From: the human T2T-CHM13v2.0 reference genome, Homo sapiens | Assembly (NCBI RefSeq): GCF_009914755.1 | Contig: NC_060929.1 | Length of the DNA stretch: 64,000 nucleotides | Direction: 5' to 3' (one strand) | Part shown: piece by piece, positions 17,900 to 45,846 of the stretch | Numbering within the stretch: position 1 is the first letter of the stretch | Layout: every line of letters starts with the position of its first letter | Made by a program: the position numbers and the translations under genes | The notes under the pieces: model-generated | What the model was told of the DNA's origin: nothing | The model's database searches: none | Seen by the model: only the letters and a program-made list of their open reading frames with translations

Positions 17900-18200
17900 C
17901 TAACTCAAAACAAAAATAGGGTAAACCCAATCAGTCAAGCGCAGCAACCTGCTCCGTGGCGATCTGTGACTCATCAGAAGCTGAGGCTCTCACCAGGACT
18001 TTCTAATGAGCTTCGCTGTTGGCTACGACCGCGGTCACTTCACTTCAGCCCTACTCCTGGCCTGGGGAAATGGGCAGGCCCCCTAGTAGCTCGGGGTGGG
18101 GAGACGGGTGGAGAGGAAGGAGGGGCGAAAAGGGAAGGCGCGAAATCTACAAATGTTTAAGCCAGCTGGAACTCCGATGCCTCTTTGCCTTTTAGGGAAA
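17900..18200. promoter_or_regulatory. Candidate upstream element (CCAAT box, AP-1 site)
   Basis: CCAATCAG at 17927-17934, TGACTCA at 17967-17973, and locally retained CpGs in non-repeat DNA. Confidence 0.35.
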
Positions 18201-18309
18201 TTGACTCGACTCGGAACTCGAGGACCTTTCACAAGAGACCACTGGGTTAGGGGGCAGAGCTGGTAATAGAATCCAGCGCTCCGAACCCTGAATCATGTCC
18301 TCTTTTTGC

Positions 18310-19470
<1,161 letters not shown>

Positions 19471-19555
19471 TTGCTAGTTCCATGCCAATGTGAGAGGACT
19501 CTGAGAATGTGGATGTCTGCCACCTGGAGAAAGAGTCTTAATAACCTGGGCACTT

Positions 19556-19877
<322 letters not shown>

Positions 19878-20008
19878 CTATTGAAAGGTACCAGAAAAGG
19901 ATAAAGCCTGAGTTTTCAAGCCAGGAAGTTGCAAATTCTAACTCTACCAAGAAGTAGCTGGGTGACCTCCAAGCCTCAGTTTCCTCATCTTCAAAACCAG
20001 GTTAATAG

Positions 20009-20619
20009 TGTCAGAGGCATTTGAACCAGAGAGACTCCATCTTGAATAGGGACTGGGTAAAATAAGGCTGTGACCTGCTGGGCTGTATTCCCAGGAAGTT
20101 AAGGCATTCTTCGAGGATGAGATGGTGGGGGTCAGCACAAGATACAGGTCACAAAGACCTTGCTGGTAAAATAGGATGTAGTAAAGGAGCCGGCCAAAAC
20201 CCATCAAAATCAAGATGGCGACCAAAGTGACCTCTGGTCGTGCCCACTGCTCATTATACACTAATTATAATTCATTAGCATGCTAAAAGACACTCCCACC
20301 AGCACCAGGACAGTTTACAAACATCAGGAAGTTACCCTATATGGTCTAAAGGAGGAGGAACCCTCAGTTCTGGGAATTGCCCATCCCTTTCGCGGAAAAC
20401 TCATGAATAATCCACCCCTTGTTTAGCATATAATCAAGAAATAACTATAATTAGTTGAGCAGCCCATGCTGCAGCTCTGCCTATGGAGTAGCCATTCTTT
20501 ACCTCCTTTACTTCTCTAATAAATTTGATTTCACTTTATGGACTTGCCCCAAATTCTTTCTTGCGTGAGGTTCAAGAACCCTCTCTTGTGGACTGGATGA
20601 GGACCCCACTCTGGTAACA
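20009..20619 (+). mobile_element. MER41 solo LTR (MER41B-type, tandem GAS motifs)
   Basis: Begins TGTCAGAGGCATTTGAACCAGAG...CTCCATCTTGAATAGG and ends ...GGTAACA. TTCTGGGAA at 20368-20376 and TTCGCGGAA at 20389-20397. Confidence 0.88.
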
Positions 20620-20851
20620 ATATACTTTTTGTCCAGTCACATTTCTACATGGCTGTCCATACTCTGTTGAATGTAAGCATAAGAATGGACAATTTTCCTG
20701 TATCTTTGGGTCTTCATTCTGAAGGCTCCCATGGCATGTAAAACTATGATCAAATAAATTTGTATGCCTTTTTTCCTTTTAATCTGCCTTGTCGGTTGAT
20801 TTTCAGTGAAACTTCAGAGGGTAAAGGGGAAGTTTGCCCTTCACCCCTACA
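20620..20851 (+). mobile_element. 3' half of a MER39/MER34-group LTR
   Basis: 'tcttcattctgaaggctccc...aaataaatttgtatgcc...gggaagtttgcccttcacccctaca'; ends in CA. Confidence 0.6.
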
Positions 20852-20852
20852 T

Positions 20853-21258
20853 GGTCAAGCTCAAGATACCAAAAGACATCAGCTGAAAATTCAATCAACT
20901 TGCCTGAATCATCCACCCCAAGCTTAGGAAGCATGCTTGAACCCACCTGGCCAAGGCTGGTTTTGCCGGCCAAAGTCCAAGGCCAAGGCTCCAACCAAAG
21001 CCCAGACTTCAGTTGCAGCTCCAGTTCCAGTTCCAGTTCCAGCTCCAGTTCCAGTTCCAGTTCCAGCTCCAGATCAAATTTCCAAGGGTGCCCATGCACA
21101 CCCACAAAGGATCTGGAGGAGAGGCCTCTGTCTACCAATGGGAGGACAGAAGGACTGGTGTGAGCCCTGGGCTGCCATCTGTTTCTGCATGGAGCTGGTA
21201 CCATTCTTTTCTATTTATACAAACAAACATGAGGCAGGATCTGTCCATTAAAAAAAAG
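20853..21258 (+). pseudogene. RPL29 processed pseudogene, 3' fragment
   Basis: Translates VKLKIPKDIS*KFNQLA*IIHPKLRKHA*THLAK, then a frameshift to CRPKSKAKAPTKAQ. RPL29 reads [34 protein letters not shown]...CRPKAKAKAK...TKAQ. RPL29-like 3' UTR 'gaggacagaaggactggtg...ccctgggct.ccatct...tgaggcagga' and an A-tail follow. Confidence 0.85.
21021..21074 (+). repeat. (CCAGTT/CCAGCT)n hexamer microsatellite
   Basis: [(CCAGTT)3 CCAGCT]x2 CCAGAT read directly. Confidence 0.95.
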
Positions 21259-21259
21259 A

Positions 21260-28885
<7,626 letters not shown>

Positions 28886-29648
28886 TCAAAAAACTTTCCA
28901 CATCCTGATTTCAAGTAAACACATTCAGCTATGTTTGAGGCTGAGAGGGGAAAGAAAAAAACACACAAAGGCGAGACAAGTCTCTCTTTTCAGTTTTCTT
29001 GGTTAATCCATTCTAATTAATTTCCTGAGAGGAAGTACAAGAGGTAAGCCCATTTCTTCAAATAACAGCACTGTGTGTTGACTTATCTTTTTAACGTGTA
29101 TTTAAAGAGATGACTCCTGTCAGTTTCTTTTAAATTCACTTTATAAGATGCATACTTTGAAGTAAACTCTCTTTGGAGGTGCTTGGTTTTAAAATAACCA
29201 CCGCCAGCTAACTGCCTGTGCAACCATATAGTTCCATGAAAATCAACAAAAGGCCTTCATTGCGGGTTTCACTTGGAAGATGTTTACATTGTTCTATGAA
29301 GGTTAGAAAGGCGGAAGGAGCTCCCTGAGGTTTCACAGGAAGACAGTCCAGCCTATTTATTCATAATGGGATTTCAGTTACAGAAGAACATTTAGATTCA
29401 ACAGAAGGAGAATTTTAAATGGCTGAGAGAAGATGATAAGAAAATGTTCATAAACCATTTCATTTTGTTTCCCTCTTTAATGAAAAGGGAGAAAACACTC
29501 AATGAAGAAAGTTAATGACTCTGAAGTCCAAATGAGAAGTTTAGAAACAACTTCTTGAAAAAAAAGAAAAAGTATGCATTTATTGAATGACATTACTCAA
29601 TCAATAATTTTGGATATTTTCTTTTTGTGTTTTTTTTTTCCATGCTAA

Positions 29649-29959
<311 letters not shown>

Positions 29960-30148
29960 TGAGCCACTGTGCTGGGCCAAGAAAATGTTCTTATGCCTTT
30001 GCTTTATTTAAAAGAAGCAGACTGGCCGGGTGCAATGGCCCACACCTGTACTCCCAGCACGTTGGGAGGCCGAGGTGGGGGGGCGGATCACCTGAGGTCA
30101 GGAGTTCAAGACCAGCTTAGCCAACATAGTAAAACCTCGTCTCTACTA

Positions 30149-30370
<222 letters not shown>

Positions 30371-30768
30371 CTAAAGAAGGAAATGGTGTCCTAAGCACGT
30401 TCATTTATGGTCTACCACTCAAAATATGAAATTCAACATAGGTGTATGTGACTTGAGCCACAGTAATCTGAGGAAGGCAACAGGCATCAAATTTTGCTTG
30501 CTGGGACATGGGACCAATTAGTGGAAAACACAGAGTTAAAGCCACATTGTAGACTTGAAAGTGGAAGGGTAAAAATAAGAGAAGGAAGAAAGCAAAAGGC
30601 TGGCCACTGAGCAGAGAAAAGGCTCAACTGGATTCTCTCTCAAAAACTTTAGGTAGCAATTTATGAAAATTGCTGTTGTCAGCCTCCAGATTTACCATCT
30701 AGCTCCTAAAAAGCTACTGGCGATGACTTCACACCCTTATCAAGGAGATAACTTTGAGAGGTTTCTCA

Positions 30769-30924
<156 letters not shown>

Positions 30925-32563
30925 CTAGGCATGATGGCACATACCTGTAATCTCAGCTCAGCTACTCGGGAGGCTGAGGCAAAGGAATTGCTTGAACCCA
31001 GGAGGCGGGGGGTTGTAGTGGGCTGAGATGTGCCACTACACTCCAGCCTGGGCGACAGAGCAAGACTCTGTCTCAAAAAAAAAGGGTACAAGGTTTCCTG
31101 GTACTATTATTTTCAAATGCCTTTGGAACACAAGGGCTTTTGAAAAAACAGGAGACAGGTCGGGCGTGGTGGCTCACTTCTGTAATCCCAACACTTTGGG
31201 AGGCTAAGGTGGGCAGATTACCCAAGGTCAGGTGAGACCAGCCTGGCCAACATGGTGAAACCCTGTCTCTACTAAAAATTCAAAAATTAGCTGAGCATGA
31301 CGACGGGTGCCTGGGAGGCTGAAGCAGGAGAATCACTTGAACCCAGGAGGCAGAGTTTGCAGTGAGCCAAGATTGCGCCACTGCACTCCAGCCTGGGCAA
31401 GAGAGCAAGACTCCATCTCAAAAAAAAAAAAAAAAAGAAAAAATAGGAGACAGAGTAGAATGTCTTACCTGCCACCCTAAGAATAAGCATAAGGTTCTTT
31501 GCTTGGCAGGAAAAAAATACCAGTAGACGTTGTAAAGCCTCTTCGTGTTGATGTCTTTAAGAATGTCAAATGCTTGCAGCCTCTGCCTATGCGCTCAGTG
31601 CAGCCAGAAGCTGGTGGTCAGCCTGGCTGGAGCAGCTGTACAATAGGTGATGTTTGCCTCCATCTTCCCTTTAAGCTCTGCTCCATGGGAACCCTCAAGA
31701 GGAGACTACCTTAACCTAATCCAAGGAGTTCTCCATCTCTGGCAATCATTCACACAGGAAGTACCTGCAGGCAAACAGGTATTTGAACATTTGTTCAGAG
31801 CTATCAAAATTTTAGGATGTAAACCCCTGTGACCCCTGTGTACCATAGTTGACATTGGGGGCCTCTGATTGCGGGGAAGAGCCTGAACCAAGAACCACTA
31901 TCTCTTGTGTAATAGGATGCCAGGGCAAGGGAATCCCATCATGACCCACTTATTTCCAAACTTGTATGTTTGGAAACATTTGGAGCCTTATCTCTGCTCT
32001 TAAGTCCAATGCAGGGCAAGATTCACAAGGGCACTTCAGGAGGACAGCTCACACAGTTAGTCTCGCCTTATATTTTTGTTCTGGTGAAATAATTTTAAAA
32101 CAAAGGAGCCGGGCATGGTAGCTCACGCCTGTAATCCAGCACTTTGGGAAGCTGAGGCGGGCAGATCACCTGAGGTCAGGAGTTCGAGACCAGCCTGACC
32201 AACATGGTGAAACCCCGTCTCTACTAAAAATACAAAAAAAATTAGCCGGGCATGGTGGCGCATGCCTGTAGTCCCAGCTACTCAGGAGGCTGAGGTAGGA
32301 GAATCACTTGAGCCCAGGAGGCGGAGGTTGTAGTGAGCTGAAATCATGCCACTGCACTCCAGCCTGGGCAACAGAGCGAAACTCTGTCTCAAAAACAAAA
32401 AACAAAACACAAAACAAAACAAAAACAGACCGGGTGCAGTGGCTCACGCCTGTAATCCCAGCACTTTGGGAGGCCGGGGCAGGCCGATCACTTGAGGTCA
32501 GGAGTTTGAGACCAGCCTGGTCAACATGGTGAAACCCCATCTCTACTTAAAATACAAAAATTA

Positions 32564-32704
<141 letters not shown>

Positions 32705-33955
32705 TCAGAAACAAAAAAAAACAACAACAACAACAAAAAACAAAAACCAAGAGGATTGGGGTTTTGAAATGGCAGGCTGTGTAATCCCAGCACATTCAGA
32801 GGCCAAGGTGGGAAGATTCCTTGAGGCCAGCAGTTCAAGACCAGCCTAGGCAACATAATGAGACTCTATCTCTTCAAAAAATAAAAATAAAAAAAATTAA
32901 CCAGGCATGGTGGCATGTGCCTGTAGTCCTAGTTACTCAGGAAGCCAAGTTGGGAGGATGGTTTGAACCTAGGAGAGAGCTATGATTGTGCCACTGCACT
33001 CCAGCCTGGGTGACAGAGTGAGACACTGTCTCAAAAAAAAAAAAAAAAAAAAGCAAACTGAATGACAACTTTTATCTCCCCTCTTTCTCAGATCTATACT
33101 TATTCTTTTAAGCGGTGGCGAAGGAATAAAAGGAACAAGTTCCCCACAGTAAAATAAATGGGAGTGGTGAGAGACATCAAGTAAATGATATGGAATAAAT
33201 ATTTTTTAAATGATGTAACTGTATTGCTGAGCTAGCCAAAGTGAAATCACAATGATAAGCCATTTTACATCTACTAGATTGTAAAAATCAAAAATACAAT
33301 TACAAGTGTTGAAAATGTTGGAAAATGCTTAAAAGAGTCCTGATGTAGCCAGGTGTGGTGGCTCATGCCCGTAATCCCAGCACTTTGGGAGGCTGAGGTT
33401 AGGTGGATCACCTGAGGTCAGGAGTTCAAGACCAGCCTGGCCAACATGGTGAAACCCCAACTCTACTAAAACTACAAAAATCAGCCTGGTGTGGTAGCAC
33501 ACACCTGTAATCCCAGCTGTTTGGGAGGCTGAGGTAGGAGAATTGGCTTGAACCTGGGAGGCAGAGGTTATAGTGAGTCAAGATCACGCCACTGCACTGC
33601 AGCCTGGGCCACAGAGTGAGACTCCCATCTCAAAAGAAAAAAAAAATCCTGATGTATAGTAAGTTTTATATAACTTTTTGCTATTATTATTATCATCATT
33701 GTAGTATTACTACTAATGTAAACACTGCTAATCTTTGGTCAGTTATATATGTCTTTTCCTAGTGTGTGGCTACTGTCTTTATAGTATTTAGTTGGTTTTT
33801 AAAAAATTTGTTAGAGAGGTAGGGAATCTCGCTATGTTGCCTAGGCTGGATTCGAACTTATGGGCTCAAGCCATCCTCCCTCTGTGGTCTTCCACCTCAG
33901 TCTCCTGTAGCTGGGACTTCAGGCACATGCCACCTATAGTGTTTTTTGATTATGA

Positions 33956-34306
<351 letters not shown>

Positions 34307-34561
34307 TAATGTAGAAGATTCCTTTTGTCTTAAGAAATCCTTCCCTAAATAAAGTTGTAGAGATATTCTCCTGCATGAGAATAAAGATATTCCTCATGTA
34401 TATATTTTTAAAATTATATAGTGTTGCTTTCAGTGTTTATCTTCTGTGATTTACTTTTGTGTATAGGTTTAGGTAGGGATCTAATTTTCTCCCAGTGTGG
34501 CCAGCCAATTGTTCCTGTACCTATTATTAAATATACTTTCCCTGTTCATCTGCAATGCTAA

Positions 34562-34879
<318 letters not shown>

Positions 34880-35539
34880 TGACGATCTCAATCTCTTGAC
34901 CTTGTGATCTGCCCGCCTCAGCATCCCAAAGTCCTGGGATTACAGGCATGAGCCACTGCGCCTGGCCATACTATTTTATTTTTATATTTTATTTTTCAGA
35001 GACAGGGTCTCACCCTGTCACCTAGGCCAGAGTACAGTGGTGTAATCATAGCTCAGTGTAACCTTGAACTCCTGACCTGGGCTCAAATGATTTGATCCTC
35101 TAGGAGGTCAAGACCAGCCTGGGCAACATAGCGAGACCCCCATCTACAAAAAAAAAAAAAAAAAAGAGGTTGGTGTGGTTCTTAATTTCCTACCCAAATT
35201 AAGGAATAAAACCTTGCTTGTACTATTGTTTATAGTTGTATTACTTTTTTTTTTAAGACATGAGGTTTATGTTGTCCAAGCTGGAGTGCAGGTACTATTC
35301 ACAGCTGCAATTCAAGGCACTGCAGCCTTGAACTCCTGGGCTCAAGCAATCCTCCTGCCCCAGCCTCCCAAAATGCTAGGATTACAGGCATGAGCCACTG
35401 GGTCCAGCCTTCGTTCTAGCTTCATATAGATTTGTCCTATAGCTTGTACTCTGCCCTAGTTTCATGTAGGTCTCTTTTCCTACCTCTTCCTTCACACTAC
35501 TATACTTCATTGATTCTGACATGCTCCTTTCCCCGCCAT

Positions 35540-35750
35540 CCCACTATTTCTGAAATTCAGATGCATGTTACCCTCTGTGTTGGCCAAGTGGTGGGCTTAC
35601 CATGGTTGTTTTTGCCTGACACCTTCTGGTAACAGCAAGAAAGTGCCAGCATCAAAACTTGAAGAATGGATGTCAGTGATGTAGAATAAAATTTCTGAGA
35701 CAAGAGTGGAGCAGTTTTTAGGAAATGCTGCTTCACCAATGCTCTTGATG
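35540..35750. mobile_element. TcMar-Tc2 (Kanga-like) DNA transposon fragment
   Basis: 'gtgccagcatcaaaactt...gaatggatgtcagtg...gtggagca.ttttaggaaatgctgc..caccaatgctcttgatg' resembles remembered Kanga internal sequence. Confidence 0.4.
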
Positions 35751-36799
35751 CTCCTGAGACAACTTTTTTTTTTTTTTTTTTTTTTGCGATGGAGTTTCGC
35801 TCTTACTGCCCAGGCTGGAGTGCAGTGGCACCATCTCTGCTCACTGAAACTTCCGCCTCCGGGGTTCAAGTGATTGTCCTGCCTCAGCCTCCCGAGTAGC
35901 TGGGATTACAGGCATGTGCCACCACACTCGGCTAATTTTGTATTTTTAGTAGAGACAGGGTTTCTCCATGTTGGTCAGGCTGATTTCAAACTCCCGACCT
36001 CAGGTGATTCACCCTCCTCGGCCTCCCAAAGGAGGTGGAGGTTGCAGTGAGCCAAGATCGTTTCACAACACTCCAGCCTGGGCAACAGAGCAAGACTCCA
36101 TCTCAAAAAAATAAAGAAAGAATAAAATAAAAATACCTCCTGCTCATGTGAAAATTCTATTTCCATGACACCCCTTTCTATGTCTCATTCACATCTTGCA
36201 CTCCTGTGGCAGAAACTGCTAGCTATTCACCCCAATACCTTTGTCCTCTCTAAGAACTTTCAAACCAGACAAGGTCAGCACAAGAAAAGAACACTAAAAT
36301 CTCATTCATGGACATACATGGAAAATTCCTAAATGAAATACAAGAATCACTTCCACTTACATCCCATTGGCTAGAACATGTAGTCCTATGACCATATCTA
36401 GTCTCAAAGACAACTGGGAAATTTACTCTAGGCAGCCTTGTGACCAAATAAAAACTGGTTTTACATTTTCAAGGAAATCATTTCCCCCTCCCTCCACTCA
36501 GCAACAAGGTCAAGATAAGCAAGTTTCCTTGCTGTTCCCTTAAGAGCATTTATTTCTAGTTTACCTGCACACAAGGGGCTTAGCCTTTGTAGACTCAGCT
36601 TTATGAGGAAACCTTCTGTTAGACTTTGAGGCTGGGCACGGTGCCTCACGCCTGTAATCCCAGCACTTTGGGAGGCCGAGGTGGGAAGATCACGAGGTCA
36701 GGAGTTCGAGACCAGCCTGACCAACATGATGAAACCCCATCTCTACTAAAAATACAAAACTTAGCCAGGCATGATGACACGCGCCTGTAATCCCAGCTA

Positions 36800-37303
<504 letters not shown>

Positions 37304-37711
37304 CTACCCTCCTGCATTCGACTCAGCCAACAAAACTAAAATTCAAATTCACCAAGATTTGGAGATGCCCTGAGGGAAGGGTCTGGTTTCTTACTTCCTC
37401 TGAATTCCTGCTTTCCCTTGCCTTTTTTTTTTTTTTTTTTTTGGCTAGCTCAGCAATACAGTTACATAATTTTAAAAATATTCACTCCTGCTTGTGTAGT
37501 TGTTTTACTGGGAAGCTTGTCCATGATATATAGACACCATCTTGCCTAAGGAGAGGTTCACCCTCATATTTTCAGAGGTGTGTTTAATACAACTTCAGAC
37601 GACAGCTGATCTTCATCTTACACAAAGTATTTCAGAGAATAGAAAAGAAGGAAAGTTACACAAATCATTTTCCAAGACTTGTTTAACTCTGATACTCAAA
37701 CCAGACAAGGT

Positions 37712-37714
<3 letters not shown>

Positions 37715-37755
<41 letters not shown>
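37715..37755. repeat. (CA)n microsatellite
   Basis: Read directly. Confidence 0.97.
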
Positions 37756-37758
<3 letters not shown>

Positions 37759-37941
37759 TAAAAATCATTCTCATGTATAAACATAGATGGAATTATGACT
37801 GAATTTTCCGGTTAAATGAGCCAATAAATTCTCTTTTGTTCTTAAAAAGCAAAAATGAAAAACATTGTTCATAAACATACTGTTAAAATCCCCAAATAAA
37901 AGACAAGCAAATCCAATCCTAGAAAAAAATAACATGACTCA

Positions 37942-38228
<287 letters not shown>

Positions 38229-38254
38229 TCATCTCAAAATAATAATAATAATAA

Positions 38255-38460
<206 letters not shown>

Positions 38461-39088
38461 TAGAGAGGGGGTCTCGCCACGTTGGTCAGGCTGATGTTGA
38501 ACTCCTGGATTCAAGTAATCCTCCTGCCTCAGCCTCTCAAAGTGCTGGGATTACAAGTGAGAGCCACCGTCCCCTGTGCTTTTTTTTTAAATAAATTTTA
38601 TTGTGTATATTTCAGGTTTACAACATGATGTAACAGGATATATATAGATAGTAAAATGGTTACTATAGTGAAGCAAATTAACATAACTTTTACCTCACAT
38701 AGTTACATTTCTGTGTGTGACAAGAGCAGCTAAAATCTATTTATTTAACAAAAATGTCTAATATAATACAACTTTATTATCTATAGTCGTCATGTTGTAC
38801 ATTGGATCCCTAGACTTGTTCATCCCACATATCTACTACTTTGTATCTTTTGACCTAAATCTTCCATCTCCTCCCCACCCCACAATGATGGTTTAACAAC
38901 AGAAAATATGTCAATATGGCCAGACTTGGTGGCTCATGCCTGTAATCCCAGCACTTTGAGAGGCCAAGGTGGGCAGATCACTTGAGGCCAGGAGTTGGAG
39001 ACCAGCCTGGCCAAGGTGGTGAAACCCTGTCTCTACTAAAATACAAAAATTAGCCAGGCGTGGTGGCAGGTGCCTGTAATCTCACCTA

Positions 39089-39313
<225 letters not shown>

Positions 39314-39384
39314 CTAAAACCCCGTCTCTGCTAAAAATACAATAATTAGCTGGGTGTGTTGGTGGGCGCCTGTAATCCCAGCTA

Positions 39385-39858
<474 letters not shown>

Positions 39859-40539
39859 TTAACAGATTTAAGGAGAAAGCCACATGGTCCTTTCAATAGA
39901 TGTGGAAATCAGAGAACATATTTGATAAAAGTCAATATTAATTCACGACAAACTAGAAATAGAAGGAAACTTCCTTAATCTGGTAAATGGACCCTACCTA
40001 AGACATTCAACGCTTGTTCAAGTTCTGCATAATTAGAAGCTAGATGTGGCTCTGACTTTGTGTGAAAATAACACAAGGAAAGAGTCAGGCTGCTTGTCCA
40101 GGTCTAGGTAATATGCCATTAGTTATTTCTCCCAAATGAGCAACCTTGCCCAAGTCAGCTCCTCCCAGAAGAGTAGTTCACTTTTCTAGGTTTATCACTG
40201 TTCCTTCAAAGTCTGGTCACTAACCCGTGACCACTGTACATGTGTAGGAGTAGTCCTCATGATCATCTAGTTCAGTCCACTTATCTTACAGGTAACAACT
40301 ATGAAGTCCAGAGTGAAAGGCCCAAGGTAAAATATGAGCTCAGCTAATGGCACACCTGAGAATGGGATCTGGGCCTCCCTATACCCAGTCCCTCCTCCTT
40401 ACACTTCCCTCTCATGAGCAAAATCAAATGCTACTCAATTTCTTATGCAGCTTAACTATTTCCTTTAAGATTCTGGGCTTCTCTGGACACTTATGACCTC
40501 AGGGGCTTACCTTATTTCTTTTTATTTCCTTTTTTTTAG

Positions 40540-40889
<350 letters not shown>

Positions 40890-41114
40890 TAGCCAGGATG
40901 GTCTCAATCTCCTGACCTCGTGATCCGCCCACCTCAGCTTCCCAAAGTGCTGGGATTACAGGTGTGAGCCACCGCACCTGGCCAATGCCCAGCTAATTTT
41001 TTGTATTTTTAGTAGAGACAGGGTTTCACCATATTGGCCAGGCTGGTCTTGAACTCCTGACCTCAAGTGATCCGCCTGTCTCAGCCTTCCGAAGTGCTGG
41101 GATTACAAGTGTGA

Positions 41115-41399
<285 letters not shown>

Positions 41400-41487
41400 T
41401 GAGCCACCAAGCCTGGTCTACCTTCTGTCTTGAGTGGCAATGCTGGGAAGGGGTGAAGGAAGAGGGAGGGCAGGTGAAATGAAATGA

Positions 41488-41649
<162 letters not shown>

Positions 41650-42854
41650 TGAGGAGCTGGATTACAGGCACGTGCCACCACGCCCTGCTAATTTTTGTAT
41701 TTTCAGTTGAGACAGGGTTTCCCTATGTTGGCCAGGCTGGTCTTGAACTCTAGACCTCAGGTGATCCACCTGCCTTGGCCTCCCAAAGTGCTGGGATTAC
41801 AGGGGTGAGCCACCGCACCCAGCCAGGAATGCTTATTTTTAGGCTCAATTTAGGGTAGGAAGTTAAAGAAGCCCAAAGGGGCTTTGAGGAATTAGGGGGT
41901 CACATTGCAGGAGGTAGGAGGGACAGTCCACAGCGTATGATTGTGCAAGTTGTGGATGGTGTGACTTTCAGAGGTACCAGTCACATCATACTCATTGCAG
42001 ATTTGTGTGTGTATTACAACAATCTTGGGGGCAGATGACAGCAAAGCATCCTGAAAGAACATGCTGGAAAGGTACCACTGGTACTAACCATACTGCTGAG
42101 GAGAGGGTCCAATTGCATCAGGGTGGGAATAAGATCTGGGGATGCGCCTGCCTTACTTGATTCTAGAATTCAGACCTGGGTACCACGGCCAGATACTACA
42201 CAGCAGGAATTCCTGTGGGGAGCAATGGGTTCCAAGCTCCAGTTCCTTCTTCCCTTGGGCTCTTCTTTTCACCCTGGCTCTGCCAGGAATCAGCTTCAAC
42301 TAGTCACCTACTTCCTGCTCCCGGGCCCAGGCTCTTATCTCTGGCACTTCTATCTCTTCTCTGCCACATCACTGTCCTCCAGTCTAATCTCCATGGCCTG
42401 AGTTGTAATAAGTGCCTTGGGAAATTATAACTGCCTTACTAGGAAGTAATTACTTTGGCATTTTCTTCATGGAGAATGCTTCTGTCAATAAAAAGAAAAA
42501 AAAGATATGAAGTGACTGGTAGTATGCTTGCAGAAATTAAAAACCTCTTCAGAACAAAAAGAAATGCTGTGGCCAGGCACAGTGGCTCATGCCTGTAATC
42601 CTAGCATGTTGGGAGGCCGAGGGAATTGCTTGATCCCAGGAGTATGAGACCAGCCTAGGCAACATGGTGAAACTTCATCCTCTCTACAAAAAATTAGCTG
42701 GGTGTGGTGGTGTGTGCCTGTAGTCCCAGCTACTTGGGTAGCTGAGGTGGGAGGATCACCTGTGCCTGTGAAGGCTGAGGCTGCAGTGAGCCATGATCGA
42801 GCCACTGCACTCCAGCCTGGGTGACAGAGTGAGACCTTGTCTCAAAAAAAAGAG

Positions 42855-45380
<2,526 letters not shown>

Positions 45381-45718
45381 TTCTATACATTAACAGTGAA
45401 CTCTCCAGAAAAGAAATTAAAAAAAGATCCCATTTACAATAGCACCAAAAAGAATAAAATATTTAGGAATAAATTTAACCAGGAAGGTGAAGAATCTGTA
45501 CATTTAAAACTATAAGATATTGATGAAAGAAAGAGAATAAATAGAGTTGGGCATGGTGTCTCACACCTGTAATCCCAGCACTTTGGGAGTCTGAAGCAGG
45601 AGGATTGCTTGAACTCAGGAGTTCAAGAACAGCCTGGGCAATAGTGTGAGACCTCATCTCTACAAAGAAGAGGGAGAAGGAGGAGGTGGAGGAGGAGGAA
45701 GAGGAAACAACTAAATGG

Positions 45719-45846
45719 AAAGCTATTTCATCTTAATGGATTGGAAGAATCAATATTGTTAAAATGTTTATAGCACACAAAGCTATTTCATCTTAATGGA
45801 TTGGAAGAATCAATATTGTTAAAATGTTTATAGTACACAAAGCTAT
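45719..45846 (+). repeat. 60-bp tandem duplication
   Basis: 45721-45780 and 45781-45840 differ at one position (tagcac/tagtac). Confidence 0.97.
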
